Shown: positions 24,883 through 38,893 of the stretch, piece by piece | Position numbering within the stretch: the first letter of the stretch is position 1 | How the letters are laid out: every line of letters starts with the position of its first letter | NCBI RefSeq assembly: GCF_963921235.1 | Contig: NC_086112.1 | Coordinates: 62,992,001-63,056,000, forward strand | Length of the DNA: 64,000 nt | From: Mobula hypostoma | Taxonomy: Eukaryota | Direction of reading: 5' to 3' | The notes under the pieces: model-generated | Database searches by the model: none | What the model saw: only the letters and a program-made list of their open reading frames with translations | Told to the model about the DNA's origin: nothing | Translations under genes and position numbers: made by a program

Positions 24883-25429
24883 AGTACACAATGTACACAA
24901 TGTCGCTAACTTATCCCTTGAGAAGGAAACAAAGAAATTAACAAAGGTTTGGTAAGAGTCGGAAATAGATTATACGAAGATAAAAGCTGGGTTGAAATCA
25001 GCAGCAAAAGTAATGAAGTTTGACTTCTGCAGGACTTTAGATTGCTGCACCAATAAGATTTGAAGGGGGGAGCCTGGAGTAGTCAATTACAGCAGAGGCA
25101 GTATAAAATGTACACATTTGTGCAATCTTGATCTTTACTATTAACAAATAAACTTGTATTGACGTTGAAGTCCAAGTCTGAGAACTGACCTCCCCATTTC
25201 CTCATATGACAAGCTCTATGTTGATTGTGATTCACAGGAAAGGTGAAATTATTCAGTGTCTTGGAATTACAGAAGTTAAGTTTACTCGTTACAATTGAAA
25301 TTATGCAGTATAATTTTCCAACATTTTATTTAAACAGCAGGTGAGTGCATTTTCACCGTTTAACAAATTATATTGAGTAAATATTCTTACCCACCCTTCT
25401 GTCCTGTATTTCTTCCTTGTAGAGTCATG

Positions 25430-25690
25430 AAATAATAAAAATCAGAAAAATCTGGAATTCAACAGGCCAGGCTAAAGCTGTGGGAAGAGAAATGAAGTTA
25501 ATGTTTCAGGACAAAAACCTTTCATCAGAATAGTCAGAACACTGTGAGACTAGGAAGTTGAACCCAAAACATTAACTGTTTCTCAACATTAACTGTTTCT
25601 CTTCCAACAAACATGTCCTGCTGTGCTCTGTATTTCCAACAGTTTCCATTTTTATTTTAGATCTCCAGTACCTGGTGATTTTTTTCCCCA
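25430..25690. mobile_element. Old miniature palindromic Penelope pLTR remnant (similar remnant at about 22107-22262)
   Basis: A degenerate - strand hammerhead (ttctgatgaaagg..tcctgaaacattaa) is followed by a + strand pLTR tail. Confidence 0.55.
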
Positions 25691-26899
25691 TTTTCACATA
25701 CAACACTGAAACAAGCCCAACAGCCTTTCACATCCATGCCATCAAGTACCATACTATACTCATCCCATTTATCTGCACTTAGTCCATTGTCATCTATGCC
25801 TTGGCAATTCAAGTTCTTATCTATACTTTTCAAATGTTGTGATAGTACCTGCCTCCACCATCTCCAGATCCATCATCCTCCAAGTGAAAATATTCCTCCT
25901 TAGGTCCCTTCTAAAGCTCTTACACATTACCCTAAACCCTTTATTATAACTTATTCCTTTTTTAAGCACAATTTTCCTCAAACGTCATTCCAATTGAGAA
26001 TTAATTTCTCCTTTCTGATGTTCAACCCTTATTCAAGTAAAGATCTAACTCAAATCACTGCAACATCTCTCTTTCCCTTGGTCTCACTCTAGGAAATATG
26101 ATACTGGCAGCAGAATCATTGCAGCATAATAACAGCTCTCAAGATGTCTGGGCACCTCTAAGTCATCAATTTGAAGCAGCAATTGGAAAGGACTCAATAG
26201 AATGAGGAGGCAGAGGAATCAACCCCACTTCATCTCATGCCCTTGGTCAAATCAAAAGGGTCCGGTCATTTTAATCACTTTAATGTTTTCTGGCCATGGA
26301 ACAAATGTGTTTTCTGAGTTGAACTCTTTCCATTGCTTAATTACTGCATCATTTAGCACGTGACTGAGAAATCTCAAATTAGACGATTCACTCTCCTGGC
26401 TACTATCAAGTGATGTCACAAAGTGCAAACCATTAAGAAAAGACAAATGCAAGTCCAATACAGTAACTACTTTGTTTTTGAATAGCTGAACACACAAAAA
26501 ACTGCTGTTCATGCAGGTCTCTATACTTAGAATCTTCCTATTAGTATAGCCTTCACCTTAAGGTTAGCTCAGATATGCTACTGCAGTAAATACAAGTGTC
26601 CAGAATGCAGTTTGTAGCTCATTAGAAATTGCATTTTAATTGCGAATGAAAATTACCTAAAGGGCGTGATTTTATTATGAAATAAAACTAAAATGATATG
26701 TTTATTCTTTAAGAAGGTAACTTTTCAAGAAAAAAAATCTCACTAAACTGTACATAGATCCTTAGTACGTTAAGCTCGCAAAATAAGGGGTTGAAATTGG
26801 ACAGGTGGCCAAATCGATTTGCTGACAACACTTATTGCCTTCAACAGACAGCGGACTTAAAGGAAAGCTACTATCAGACATTGAGGAGCATCAGTACCG

Positions 26900-27330
26900 T
26901 GCAAAGGCCAGATAACCGAAGGCACGGTTCTTTAAAAGCAGTGCCCTTTCAGACTTTCCGTCTCTCGCCGGCTCCACGCTGCACAATCAGGCCTCACTCT
27001 CCCTTACTCCCTCGACAGCCCAGTCCGCCACGGAAGACAAGCTCCCCACCAGGTCTACAGGACTGCGTGACATGCGAGCACCCGAACCTTCTGACCTTCC
27101 CGTTCGAGCGCCCCACCGAGATTTCCAACAGCGCGCCGGAGCCACTTGGAACCCTTCAGCCAGCAGCCGGGCGGCCCGTCAGCCGCCTCTTTCCCGCTGC
27201 CGGAAACGCGCCGCCCTCTGACGAGGAGGAGCCACAAGTGAGGCCGGCCACTAGCGGATTTTTGCCGCAGACTCCTTCGCTGCGTACGGCTGTTAACATT
27301 ATCATTACTCGGATTAACGTCGAATGCAAA
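26900..27330 (-). promoter_or_regulatory. CpG island; candidate promoter and non-coding first exon of a leftward gene (FOCAD by synteny)
   Basis: This is unique GC- and CpG-rich sequence in AT-rich DNA, with an ETS-like ccggaa motif and a - strand donor-like AAG|GTCAGA (exon would end at 27096). FOCAD is the divergent neighbour of MLLT3 in human. No coding exon was identified. Confidence 0.55.
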
Positions 27331-27394
27331 TATACCTAATAATATGGGCAGCGATTTCGTTAATTTTGACTCCTACTTCAAACTTTAACAGTTC

Positions 27395-27910
27395 CCAGAA
27401 TCGAGTTTATTATAAATGACTGTGTCGTAAAAATTTGTTTTGTGGCACTAGTACAGTGCAACACATAAAAAAGTAATAGCAATGAAAACAATACAGTGCA
27501 AAAGAGGAATAATGAGGTAGTGTTCAAAGGCCATTCAGAAATCTGATAGCTGAGGGGAAGAAATTTCCTGAAGCGTTGAGCGTATGACTTAGTGTTTCTG
27601 TGGTGGTATTGGATGTTGAGGGAGTTTAATGATTGGTCCAGTCTTCTTGAGGCACCACGATGGGTTTGAACTGGGCTGGACGGGCTGAAATGCCTGTTTC
27701 TGTGCTGTAGTATTCTATGACTCCATATTCTAAATGGTGGGGAGGCTGTGGCCATGATGGAGCTAGCTTAATTTATAACCCTTTGCTGCCTCTTTTGATG
27801 TTGTGCATTGGAGCCTCAAAACCAGGTGAACAGTGCAACCAGTGAGAATGCTCTCCACAGTACATCCTGAAGAAATTTGGCAAAGTTTTTGGTTTCATAT
27901 CAAATTTCCG
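27395..27910 (-). mobile_element. Rex1/Babar LINE 3' fragment with a small CR1 3' insert
   Basis: It resembles the Rex-like pieces at 12660-12830 and 47060-48080. Confidence 0.65.
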
Positions 27911-27914
27911 CAAA

Positions 27915-29085
27915 ATTACGACTGAGAAGGTGCTCAGGAAGCTGAGGGTGGATAAATCTCCTGGACCTGATGGAATGCATCCTTGGAATCTGAAGGAAGT
28001 AGCCGGAGGGATTGCAGAGGCATTAACAATGATCTTTCAAGAATCGATAGATTCTGGCATTGTACCAGATGAATGGAAATTTGCAAATGTTAATCACCAT
28101 TTAAGAATGGTGGAAGGCAGCAGAAAGGAAGCTATAGACCTGTTAGCCTGACATCAGTGGTTGGGAAGTTGTTGGAATCGATTATTGGGGATGAGATTAC
28201 AGAGTACCTGGAGGCACATGACAAGATAGGCCAAAGCCAGCATGGTTTCCTGAAAGGAAAATCCTGCCTGACTAACCTACTGCAATTTTTTGAGGAAATT
28301 ACAAGCAGGGTAGACAAAGGAGATGCAGTAGATATGTGGTGTACTTGGATTTTCAGAAGGCCTTTGACAAGGTGCTGCACATGAGGCTGCTTAGCAAGAT
28401 AAGAGCCCATGGAATTACAGAGGAGTTACTAACATGTCTGGAGCATTGGGTGATCAGCAGAAAACAGTGTGGGAATAAAGGGATCCTATTCTGGCTGGCT
28501 GCCGGTTACAGTGAAGTGTCACAGGGGCCGGTGTTGGGACCGCTGCATTTTAATGATGTAAGTGAATGGGATTGATGGATTTGTGGCTAAATTTGCTGAT
28601 GACACAAAGATAGGTGGAGGAACAGGTATTGTTGAGGAAACAGAGAGACTTAGATAGTTTAGGGGAATGGGCAAAGGAGTGACAAATGAAATACAATGTT
28701 GGGAAGTGTATGGTCATGCACTTTAGTGGAAGAAATAAATGGGCAGACTATTATTTAGATGGGGAGAGAATTCAAAATACAGAGATGCATTAACCTCCAG
28801 GTTGAGTCGGTGGTGAAGAAGGCAAATGCAATGTTGGCATTCATTTCTAGAAGTATAGAATATAAGAGCAGGGATGTGATGTTGAGGCTCTATAAGACAC
28901 TCATGAGACAACACTTGGAGTATTGTGTGCAGTTTTGGGCTCCTTATTTTAGAAAGGACATACTGACTTTGGAGAGGGTTCAGAGAAGATCCACAAGAAT
29001 GATTCCAGGAATGAAAGGGTTACCGTATGAGGAACAAATGGCAGCTCTTGGGCTGTATTCCCTGGAGTTCAGGAGAATGAGGAGA
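27915..29085 (+). mobile_element. CR1 LINE RT region (degenerate)
   Basis: Motifs are DKSPGPDGMHP, SQHGFLKGKSCLTNLL, YLDFQKAFDKV, VSQGPVLGP, KFADDTK and HLEYCVQFWAP. Confidence 0.95.
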
Positions 29086-31169
29086 GGTCTCCCGGCCCAA
29101 CGTGAGGCTCAATATTTTATGTGCCATACACCAAAGGACAATTTCATATTTACAATGTATAGACAAGGCTTTCTTTGAAACACATACAACCTTCACACCT
29201 CCTTATTCACATCCACACCACAAACATCCAAATGAATTTTAATCAGCATTGTTAGGACTGGGATTCACAGTTTTTAGGAACCCACTGTTCAGAGCTATAC
29301 TCCAAATTAAAGGCACAATACATTTTCAAACGTGAAAACTGGTAGCCAGTTAATTGCTAAATATCTATGCCCTAAACCCAAAAATCACTCTAACACACTG
29401 TACACACAGTGCTAAGTTCCAGTGTATGCCCGGAAGTAATGTGTAGGACAAGGCACAAAGCATGGTTTCCTTGGTAAAGTGGAAATTGAAGGGAACAGAA
29501 TTAGGCATCCTGCTTAATCCAGATTAGTGCACCCAGAGTTTCATAACCATCCATGCCATCCTGTGTTACACAAAATAAAAGAATTACTTGCAAATTAATA
29601 TTTGATATCATAATTCAATGAAGCATTCTATGGATCCTTGAGGATATCTACCGATGGTCCAACATCCCTGACTAATCAGACTAAGCTACTTCCCATTTGC
29701 TCCAAGTACGCAAGAACTAACACAATTCAAGAGAATTGAATGAGAAATATAAATATAGAAAAAGTTTGGAATAGCCCATTTCAGTTCATTAAGACAGACC
29801 CCAAGTTCTGCGTGGAGCAGGGAAGTGGAAAATTTTGTTTTATTTTTATTTCAAAAATGGAACTTGGAGTGTAAATCAGAAGAGGACTTCGTTTTTCTGA
29901 AGATACTTAATAGGACCTGAAATTTTCAGAAATTATATTCAGCAGAATTAATGGTTATTTAAAAAAATATATATATATATATCCTTCAATCCTTTTGTGA
30001 GATGATTTAATGTTTGAAAGAGATATTAAATTGAGGCTCAGAGATGAATATTATTGTAAAAACTGAGTTTAACAGTATCAGAATCTGCATAAAGATTCTA
30101 TGGCTTTCTGAAAAGGAGTTTTGTAAATGCAGGAAACATATCTCCTGAGTCCTGGTCAAAATCTAGTTTTAAACTAGCATCACTTTAAAACAAATTCTTA
30201 GGTCTTTATCTCAATGTTTTGATAATAAGCTGGTAAGCACAATTTTATTACAGATTTTCCTATATTAGAGTAATATCTATACTTCTAAAGTACCTATGAA
30301 ACTGAAATATCTTGAAGTTGTGATAGGAATTACCTAAATTATTTCTTGTCCCAAAAATAAAATCAATCCTATGGTACAGAAGATGATTGATAAATCTGTA
30401 ACTGTTTAATGCCCAGAAATGCATAACTCCATAAAATATTAATAAATGAGATCACAGAACAACATCTTGTATTTATATGAGCATTTTTTCAAAGAAAATT
30501 ATACTGTATATTCAATAGTATCATAAGTCAAAGGAGATGAATGTAGAATTGATGTAAAGGAATTCAGAGGATGATGAATGACACAAAAGCTGAATGTCTC
30601 CCAAAAACAAAACAAACAAGCTTTTACGTGATATAACCCAAATGTGAAATATTGAATTTAAAAGTTTTATTTAATCAAATCAAACTAGAATATAATCATT
30701 GCTGTAAGATTGAGACTAGATTAGAAGTTCCCAGCTTTTCAAATGTTTTTTGCAAATCATCTAAAACAAGGTGTGACACTGGGTAACAGGTAATATTTTC
30801 TGTTTGTGTCCAAGTAAATTTTTGAGAATTGTTGTGAAGTTTCTACTGTTTTATCAACAGACTCGGTGCTTTCTACTGTGCAAGTATGAATTTTAGATTT
30901 TCAATACCAGCCATTCTTACTATTTGTTCAGGAGATGTATCCTCCTATACAGTACCTCTTGCCCATCAGTGGCAGAGGAAAATCCTATATTCTACTCACA
31001 TCTCAATTACACTAATTCATTTGTCTGCTCATTATCTGTTTAAGGAAGACTAGATCAGTATGACCACTCTAGTACCATTAAACTCACTTTTTACAATAAT
31101 ATTCTTCTCTCTTCAGCCTACCCTACTCCAATTTATCTGCTTTAAGGATACCACTATCATGGCTCAGTA

Positions 31170-31590
31170 AGGCATCTGCTCTGGCCAAGACTACAAAAAA
31201 TGGCAGGGAGTTGTGGACACAGCTCTTCCATGAACTCCATGGACATTTCCACTATCTTTGGAAAGCAGGTAACATGAGTAATAACGTTCCCCCGTGCCCT
31301 CCCCCATCAAGCATAAGGTACAAAAGCTTGAAAACATGCACGATCAAGCTCAAGGACAGCTATCCTACAGTTATAAGACTCTTGAAAGAACAGAGACGAA
31401 CCCTTGACCTCATAATTTATCTTGTCATGGCCCTTGCTCATTATTGTCCAGCAACACTGCACTTTTTTCTGTAACTGTAAATGTGACACTACATTCTCCA
31501 TAGTGTTATTGCTTTTCTCTTTATACTACTTCAATTCTGTATGGATAGCATTCAAAACAGAGCTTCTCACTGTATCTCAGTGATAAACCA
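31170..31590 (+). mobile_element. Rex1/Babar LINE 3' fragment
   Basis: It contains RYKSLKTCTIKLKDSYPTVIRLL and has the same 3' UTR type as 15520-16240. Confidence 0.65.
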
Positions 31591-34500
31591 ATTACCACAC
31601 AGACTGACTTTCTGTATAACACTGAGCCATGCATCTATTCAGTGGAATGGGTTCACTTTTCTTTTCTGGAGCAAAAAAACACCGTCACCTATCTTCACAT
31701 GTGGCAATCTTGCTCTTGCTGATATGCTGTCTGTCCCATAGTTCTCACTGTTTATTCAGCTTGATAGAGGAAACATTGGCTGTTGATACTCTTCCTTGCC
31801 ATTAAACTACAGGAATAAGTGATGCAACAAAAAAAAACACTTCCAGAAACGTATGTTCCTGCCACATAATAAATTAAAGTATGTTGTCTGCTGTAGAAAA
31901 GGTTTTACATAGTTGGCAATCTGTGCAAACTGTTAGGAAGTGAATACTTTTTAAACAACCACTGGTTCTCTTAGTAATGTCTGTAATAATACATAATAAA
32001 TGTATAGTAATTTTTTTGAAGGACATCATTTGTGCTGTATATTTAGGGTACAAAATATCCCGACGTGGCTTATGGAGGAGAAACAACATAAATAAACAGT
32101 GAAGGAAGGATTAGTAGAGTTAATCAAAAGGACAGTGGAAATTATGTTTCTAGGAGGTTAAAGAAGCACGAGAGAGATGTTAAGTGAAGCAATTGGCAGA
32201 AAAAAAGGAATGAAACCTGAATGTTTTCACTGGGGGTGAATACGGCTGAAGGTCAGTAGTAAAGGTGAAAACGTTCAGTCGTGATGTTTCAGCTATTATG
32301 AGTGTGGGGCAGAATTGACAAGGTAGTTTCTCTTTTCCTGTCCTACCAATAGTTATGTTCATGTAGATAAAGTTTTCAATGATATTTGCAGAGACAGGGA
32401 TGGTTGGGTTTATACAGCTGGTTTAGTGAAGGAGAAGGTATAAGACTGCTCTGAGTTGAAACTAACACCTTCCAATCAATGCTGAAATCACATGCAATCA
32501 GAAGATAAAGGTTATGTGGATACAAAAGCAGATTACCAGAGAGTTCCCATGAGCCAATTCAAGTTCCCTGACCACATTGGAGCTAGAAACAGATTTAAGG
32601 GAGATTGCTATCGGACAGTCTTGGCCAATGTAACGCTAATGTGCTAGAAATAGGTTGACCCAATGAACAGAAAGATGGGAAACCTAATGTTCAGATGCCA
32701 GGAAATGCCTTTTAGTAGAGAGCTTCAGGTAGCCTTTAGCACTGAACAGTTGAACATATTATAAGCATTCTCCTCACCCTGTTCCAGTCAATATCCCCAA
32801 ATTCAGTCAACAGTCATGGGCAGATGGTATAGACAATCTCTCAACATATTGCAAAATTTTTGCTGTCTTCAACTTTTTTTCTTTTTTTTAAACCAAGTTA
32901 CATCTATACGACTAAGTAAAGGTGAAGAATGACTGTCCATTATTTCCCCTGACACCATTGCCCGCTGTAGCTTTCTTATGAAATGTGAGATAAAGATGAA
33001 ATCCTGCTCAATTGTCCAATAAAGTGGTACTGCATGGTCTATTAAAACCTTCGTGAACAAGTTTTAAATGACATTGAGTCACAATTAGTGCTTCAACTCT
33101 AAATAATGAAAAGTTTATTAATATATGTCATAAACATTATTCCCTCAGATAACCACAAGGCTTCGTACCTGTTAGTTGTAGTGACGTGTAAAACTGTAAC
33201 AATCAATCTGAACATAGCAAGATCCAAAACCAACAACTTGATAACGACTAAATCTACTTTTTATCATTTGTTGATGGGTAAAATTAGCCAGAACACTGGG
33301 AATCATTCCCTGCCCTTCTTCAAAACATTGCCATAGGAACTCTTGCATCTGGCTGAGAGAGCTGACAGGACACCATTTTTACCTTAAAAGATAGCAATTC
33401 TGACATTGTAGGAGTGTCAATAAAAATCAACATGAGTGTAATTACTTGTAATGTACACTTTATTGAACCCGCCAACAAATGGTAATGTCATGTATATATA
33501 TGGGAAAAATAACTACCCCAAAATGTAATAATGTACAACGTAACACATAACATACACAGTGAACTTAACCCTTAACAGTCTGGGTGAATTCTGCCAAATG
33601 AAATTAAGGAGTCCCTACACATGCCATCCCAGAATTCACCCTAGCAAAGTCAGATGAGCAGGAGCCTGCAAAACTCAGCCTAACCTACTCCTGCCTTCAT
33701 GGGTAAGTGCCAGGCAGGAAGAACAGTCAATATCAGGTCTGGAAGTGGGAGGCCGGCCCCTCTGCGGGGGTTGTGTCACTTCCACTGGAGGATCCAGGTC
33801 CAAACGGGCTGGCTTGGGGCTATCAATAGAAACACTGTCCGGGATACCTACAAAGTCCAAAATAAAAAACTTATCCCCTGCTTCCAACACGTGGACCAGG
33901 CCATCATAACATAGCCTCAGGGCACCTCGGTATCCATCATGGCGCACAGACACATATTCCGCTTCCTGCAGACCCGGCAACAGCTGCGACCATGGCAGCC
34001 ATGCTGTGTCATGGGCACTGGAGCAAAGGTTTTGGTGCTCTCCATGAAACTGATGATCTTGGATGTGGAGGGAAACTCTCCCGGCACCCACAGGGGTTGC
34101 CCGAAAACAAGCTCTGCAGGGGAGCACTGAAGGTCTGTCTTAGAGGACATCCTCAGGCCCAACGTGACCCACAGTGGTCTGTCCACCCAACAGCTGTCAC
34201 TGAGGCACGCACAAAGAGTGGCTTTCATTGAACGGTGGAACTGCTCACACAGACCATTGGCCTGAGGTTCATAAGCCGTGGTCCGCTGCAGTTTGGCCCC
34301 ACATCATGGGCAACCACACACTAAAGCTCGGGCTGAAGAGATATCCAACAGGAGGCTGAACCAAGCGATCCTCGAGCCAACGAATGCTCACACTACCTCC
34401 ACTGCTGAAATGGACAACAGCAGCATTGCCTCCGGCCAACATGTCCTATCAACGATGGTGAGGAGGTGAGTAAACCCGCGGGATGGGGGAAACAGGCCAA

Positions 34501-36866
34501 CCAAATCCACATTCCTGTAGTTGAAACACCACCCAGGAACTACGAAAGGAGCCAAAGGAGCTTTGGCATGTCAATGCACCTTTGCGCGCTGACACACCGA
34601 ACAAGCAATAGCCCAGTCCCTGACGTCCTTCTTAAGCCCATGCCTCACAAGTTTTTCTGCCACCAGTTTCTGCGATGCTCTCTGGCCCGGGTGAGAAGGC
34701 CTGTTGACCACATCGAAAATGCGCTGCCACCAGCTCGCTGGCACAATTGACTTGGGTTGCCCCGTTGACACATCACAGAGTAGTAAAACGCCGCTGTCAC
34801 CAAAAGCAACATCCACTAATTTCAAACCTGTGTCTGCCAAACGTGGCGCCTGCACGCTTGGTCCGAAACCTGGTCTGCCGCCATCTGAGTGTAGTCCACG
34901 CCCAATGGACAGCACCAGTGAAGGACCGGGAAAGGCAGTCAGCCTCAAGGTTACGTTACCCTGCAACATGCTGGATATCCGTGGTGAACTCTGAAATAAA
35001 AGAAAGACGGTGCAGATATCAAGCAGACCAAGATTCAGAGACCTTAACCATGGTGAATGTTAGGAGCTAGCCGTAGATGGCCCTCTAGGAGAAAACGAAA
35101 ATGCCACACTGACAAGTACAGGCCAAGAAGCACACAGTCAAATGTGCTGTACTTGCATCCGCAGGGGCGAAGTAACGGCTAAAAAAAGTGGGAGGCTGCC
35201 AAACACTGTTGGCCAACTGCTCATGCAATGTGCCAACTGTGCAATCCAACATGTCCATGCTGAGAGCGATTGGCGCATCTGGGAGGGGGTGCGTCAGTAG
35301 CGTTGCCTGCTTAGTGTCTGAGAATGCCTTGGACCTTTCCTCCATCCAGTCCACGATGTGCTTGGCCGCTTTGTCCTTAAGGGCCTTGTAGAGGGGGTGC
35401 ATGAGCTGTGCCGCTTTGGGGACAAAACACTGATAAAAGTTCACTATGCCCAAAATCTCCTGTAGGGCCTTAATGGTGACTGGCCGAGGGAAGCGCTTAA
35501 TGGCCTGAACTTTAGCCGGCAGGGGAACTACCCCTGCTGCACCGATGCGGTGTCCAAGGAAATCAACCACGGACAGTCCAAACTGGCACTTCACCGGGTT
35601 GACGATAAGCCCGAGCTGACTAAAGCCTTTGAAAAGGGTTTTCAAGTGTAAGAGGTGTTCATCTCAAGAAGAGCTGACTATCAAAATGCCATCTAGGTAA
35701 ACAAACAGGAATGGAAAATCTCTGAGAACACAGTCTACGAGGTGCTGAAAGGTCGGTCTGCGTTCTTCAGCCCGAATGGCATTCGGGGAAACTCAATCAC
35801 ACCAAACAGTGTCAGCACAACAGTTTTAGGAATGTCATTTTGGTGGTCAGGGACCTGGTGATGACCGCGAACAAGGTCTACCTTCGAGAAAGTAATTTTC
35901 CCTGCCAAGTGGTCAGAGAAATCCTGAATGTGCGAGATGGAGTATCAGTCAGGGGTTGTGGTGTCACTGAGGCAGCAGTAATCACCACATAGGCGCCACC
36001 CGTCCCCTGGTTTCTGCACAATGTAGAAAGGGAAAGCCCACGGACTGCGGGACTGCTTGACGATGCCCAGACACTCCATGGCGTCAAACTCAGCCTTAGC
36101 AACAGTTAGCTTCTCCAGGTCGAGGCACCCGGCATGGACGTGAACAGGCAGACCAGTGGTAAGGATGTGGTGCTCCACCCCGTGTTTAGCAGTGGAGGAG
36201 GAGAAGGGTGAGGACTGCTCGGTCAGGTCTGGAAACTCAGCGAGGAGGCGGAGGAAGTTGTCAGAAGCGGAATGTCACAACCACGGATTCGGCAGCACAG
36301 TAGATATGGCAATTGTGCTTCTGAATTTGCACGTGTCAGCTAATTATTATTTAATCGTGATAGTATTTAACTTCATACTTGTCGTCGTAGTGCTTGTCGA
36401 GGCTTGGACAGAGCACAGCAATGCCTCGCTGCCTGTTTGCTTTCGGCCTTTCTTGAGAAATTGGACTTTCGAGTGAACTGACTCTGAAGACTAGCGATAT
36501 TTGTTTAATGTTTAGATTTTCTTTTCAGCCGCACAGTAGGCTTCATTTCCCTTTGGAGAGTTTTTAGTTAATGGCCCTATTTGACCTAGCTTTTATTGTT
36601 TATTTTCCCTTTAACACTGTTCGCATTGAAGTTTGTGAACTATCGACCTACTTCAGTGTCTCTCACTCTGCACTTGGGCCATATCCAAACCTGGTAACAG
36701 CAAGACTCGACACACAAAGATTGACCCAGCAGAGAGACAGCAGCTGACCTTGGCCATGAGATTCACTGCTCAGGTAGGAGACAAGCTGCAGGCAATGGAA
36801 TCTGTTCTCAGTGAAGTTACAGAGGCTATGAGGCAGATAACCTAGTGTCAACAAGCCCAGTCTCAC

Positions 36867-37872
36867 TTGGAGGAACAGGTATCGTCCCAAGCTGCAACTG
36901 TTCAACAGCTCACCACAAACAATCGGACTCAGGTCTCTGCGATTTCTGTGAACAGTCAGCATCAGCTGACAGCCATTAACTTTCTCGCCAACTCAATTCA
37001 GCAGCTTCAGGCCGCCTCAGTCCCACTCTCAGCATCTTGCAGGTCCTCCTTTTCTGCTGCCCCGATAATCTCTGCTACTAATGCTCACACTCCCATGCCC
37101 GGACCAGATCAGACTCCCACAACCGTTCAGAAACTGAGTATTCCAACACCAGGCAGATATCCTGGTGATCCCGATGGTTGCAGGAATTTTATTACCCAAT
37201 GCGTGCTGACATTCCAAGCCCAACCTGTTCATTTTGGTGATGATGCGCGAAAATTGGCATACATGGTCGATCTTCTTGACCGACCTCCACTCATCTTGTT
37301 CAGCGCTTTACGGGAGCACGGATACCCCGCAGCCCAGTCATTCCGACATTTCATGGCAGAGTTAAGAAGGGTTTTTGATCTTCCAGTATGGGGTCAAGAG
37401 GCTGCCCACCGACTCTTGGACCTGCGCCAAGGCGGAGGAATGGTGAGAGCCTATGCAGTGAAATTCTGTACCCTTGCAGTAGAGACGGGATGGAATGAGG
37501 GATCCCTCATCACTGTCTTCCAGTGTGGACTGAACGCAGGGGTCTGGCATGAGATCGCTGTCCAGAACGAGCAGGATAGTCTGGATGACCTGATTAATCT
37601 GGCTATTCAAGCTGACGACCGGGTAACTGAGTGGGCGCAGTATGTTTGAAAGTATGTTTCAAACTTCCTACGCGCTGCCAGATCACCGTCTTTCTTCACC
37701 TTCTCCCCCTCCCTCACCACCCAGCACCCAGCCCATGAAGGAGACTATGCAAGTGGGGCGCATGCACCTGTCTCAGGAGGAACAAGAGTGGCGCCGAAGA
37801 ACAAGTTACTGCATCTATTGTGGTGATCCAGGACACCTCCGGGTGGCACGTTCCAAGCGTCCAGTAAAATAG
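36867..37872 (+). pseudogene. Sushi-like Gag (capsid plus zinc knuckle), one frameshift near 37645
   Basis: It reads PGRYPGDPDGCRNFITQC..F...RLLDLRQGGGMVRAYAVKF..LAVETGWNE..L...F..GL, then ETMQVGR..LSQEEQ..R....CIYCGDPGH. Confidence 0.88.
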
Positions 37873-38242
37873 AATACCCGTCAGCAGGGAGGGGAATCCT
37901 GATGGGTCGGTTCTCTCTTCAGTCTTCTTCCTCTGATTCTGTAATGCTCGCAGCTTCCTTGTCGTGGAGGTCTCAGACCCAAGAACTTAAGGCGTTTATC
38001 GACTCCAGTGCAGCTGGGAATCTTATGGACATCTCTCTTGCTCAAAGATGGGGAGTTCCAACTCAGGAATTAAGAGAAAAGATCAACGTCAAGGCACTGG
38101 ACGGTTGACCTCTGGGAACCAGCCAGATCCACCTTTCCACCCAACCCCTCCAACTGGTGCTGGAAGGCAACCATCATGAAGAAATACCTTTCTATCTGGT
38201 TAAATCACGTGAACTGCCACTGGTACTTGGTGGTCCCTGGTT

Positions 38243-38893
38243 AACATAGAAACATAGAAAATAGGTGCAGGAGTAGGCCATTCGGCCCTTCGAGCCTGCA
38301 CCGCCATTTATTATGATCATGGCTGATCATCCAACTCAGAACCCCGCCCCAGCCTTCCCTCCATACCCCCTGACCCCTGTAGCCACAAGGGCCATATCTA
38401 ACTCCCTCTTAAACATAGCCAATGAACTGGCCTCAACAGTTTCCTGTGGCAGAGAATTCCACAGATTCACCACTCTCTGTGTGAAGAAGTTTTTCCTAAT
38501 CTCGGTCCTAAAAGGCTTCCCCTCTATCCTCAAACTGTGACCCCTCGTTCTGGACTTCCCCAACATCGGGAACAATCTTCCTGCATCTAGCCTGTCCAAT
38601 CCCTTTAGGATTTTATACGTTTCAATCAGATCCCCTCTCAATCTTCTAAATTCCAACGAGTACAAGCCCAGTTCATCCAGTCTTTCTTCATATGAAAGTC
38701 CTGCCATCCCAGGAATCAATCTGGTGAACCTTCTTTGTACTCCCTCTATGGCAAGGATGTCTTTCCTCAGATTAGGGGACCAAAACTGCACATAATACTC
38801 CAGGTGTGGTCTCACCAAGGCCTTGTACAACTGCAGTAGTACCTCCCTGCTCCTGTACTCGAATCCTCTCGCTATAAATGCCAGCATACCATT
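38243..38893 (-). mobile_element. Young CR1 LINE 3' end inserted in the sushi-like element
   Basis: It has a stop-free 183-aa ORF2 C-terminus (LYKALVRPHLEYYVQFWSP...FFTQRVVNLWNSLP) and a (ttctatgt)n tail. Short aacata repeats flank it. Confidence 0.95.

Noticed and set aside
6000-26900. FOCAD coding exons on the - strand
   Set aside because: A manual search for an MSDD..RFEFPNSLIQSQ-like exon found nothing convincing. An EFPNS-like match near 16325 is on the wrong strand and has no supporting context.
26791-27339. 182-aa Pro/Ser-rich ORF
   Set aside because: It has a TTG start and no recognisable domain, and is explained by stop-codon scarcity in a CpG island.
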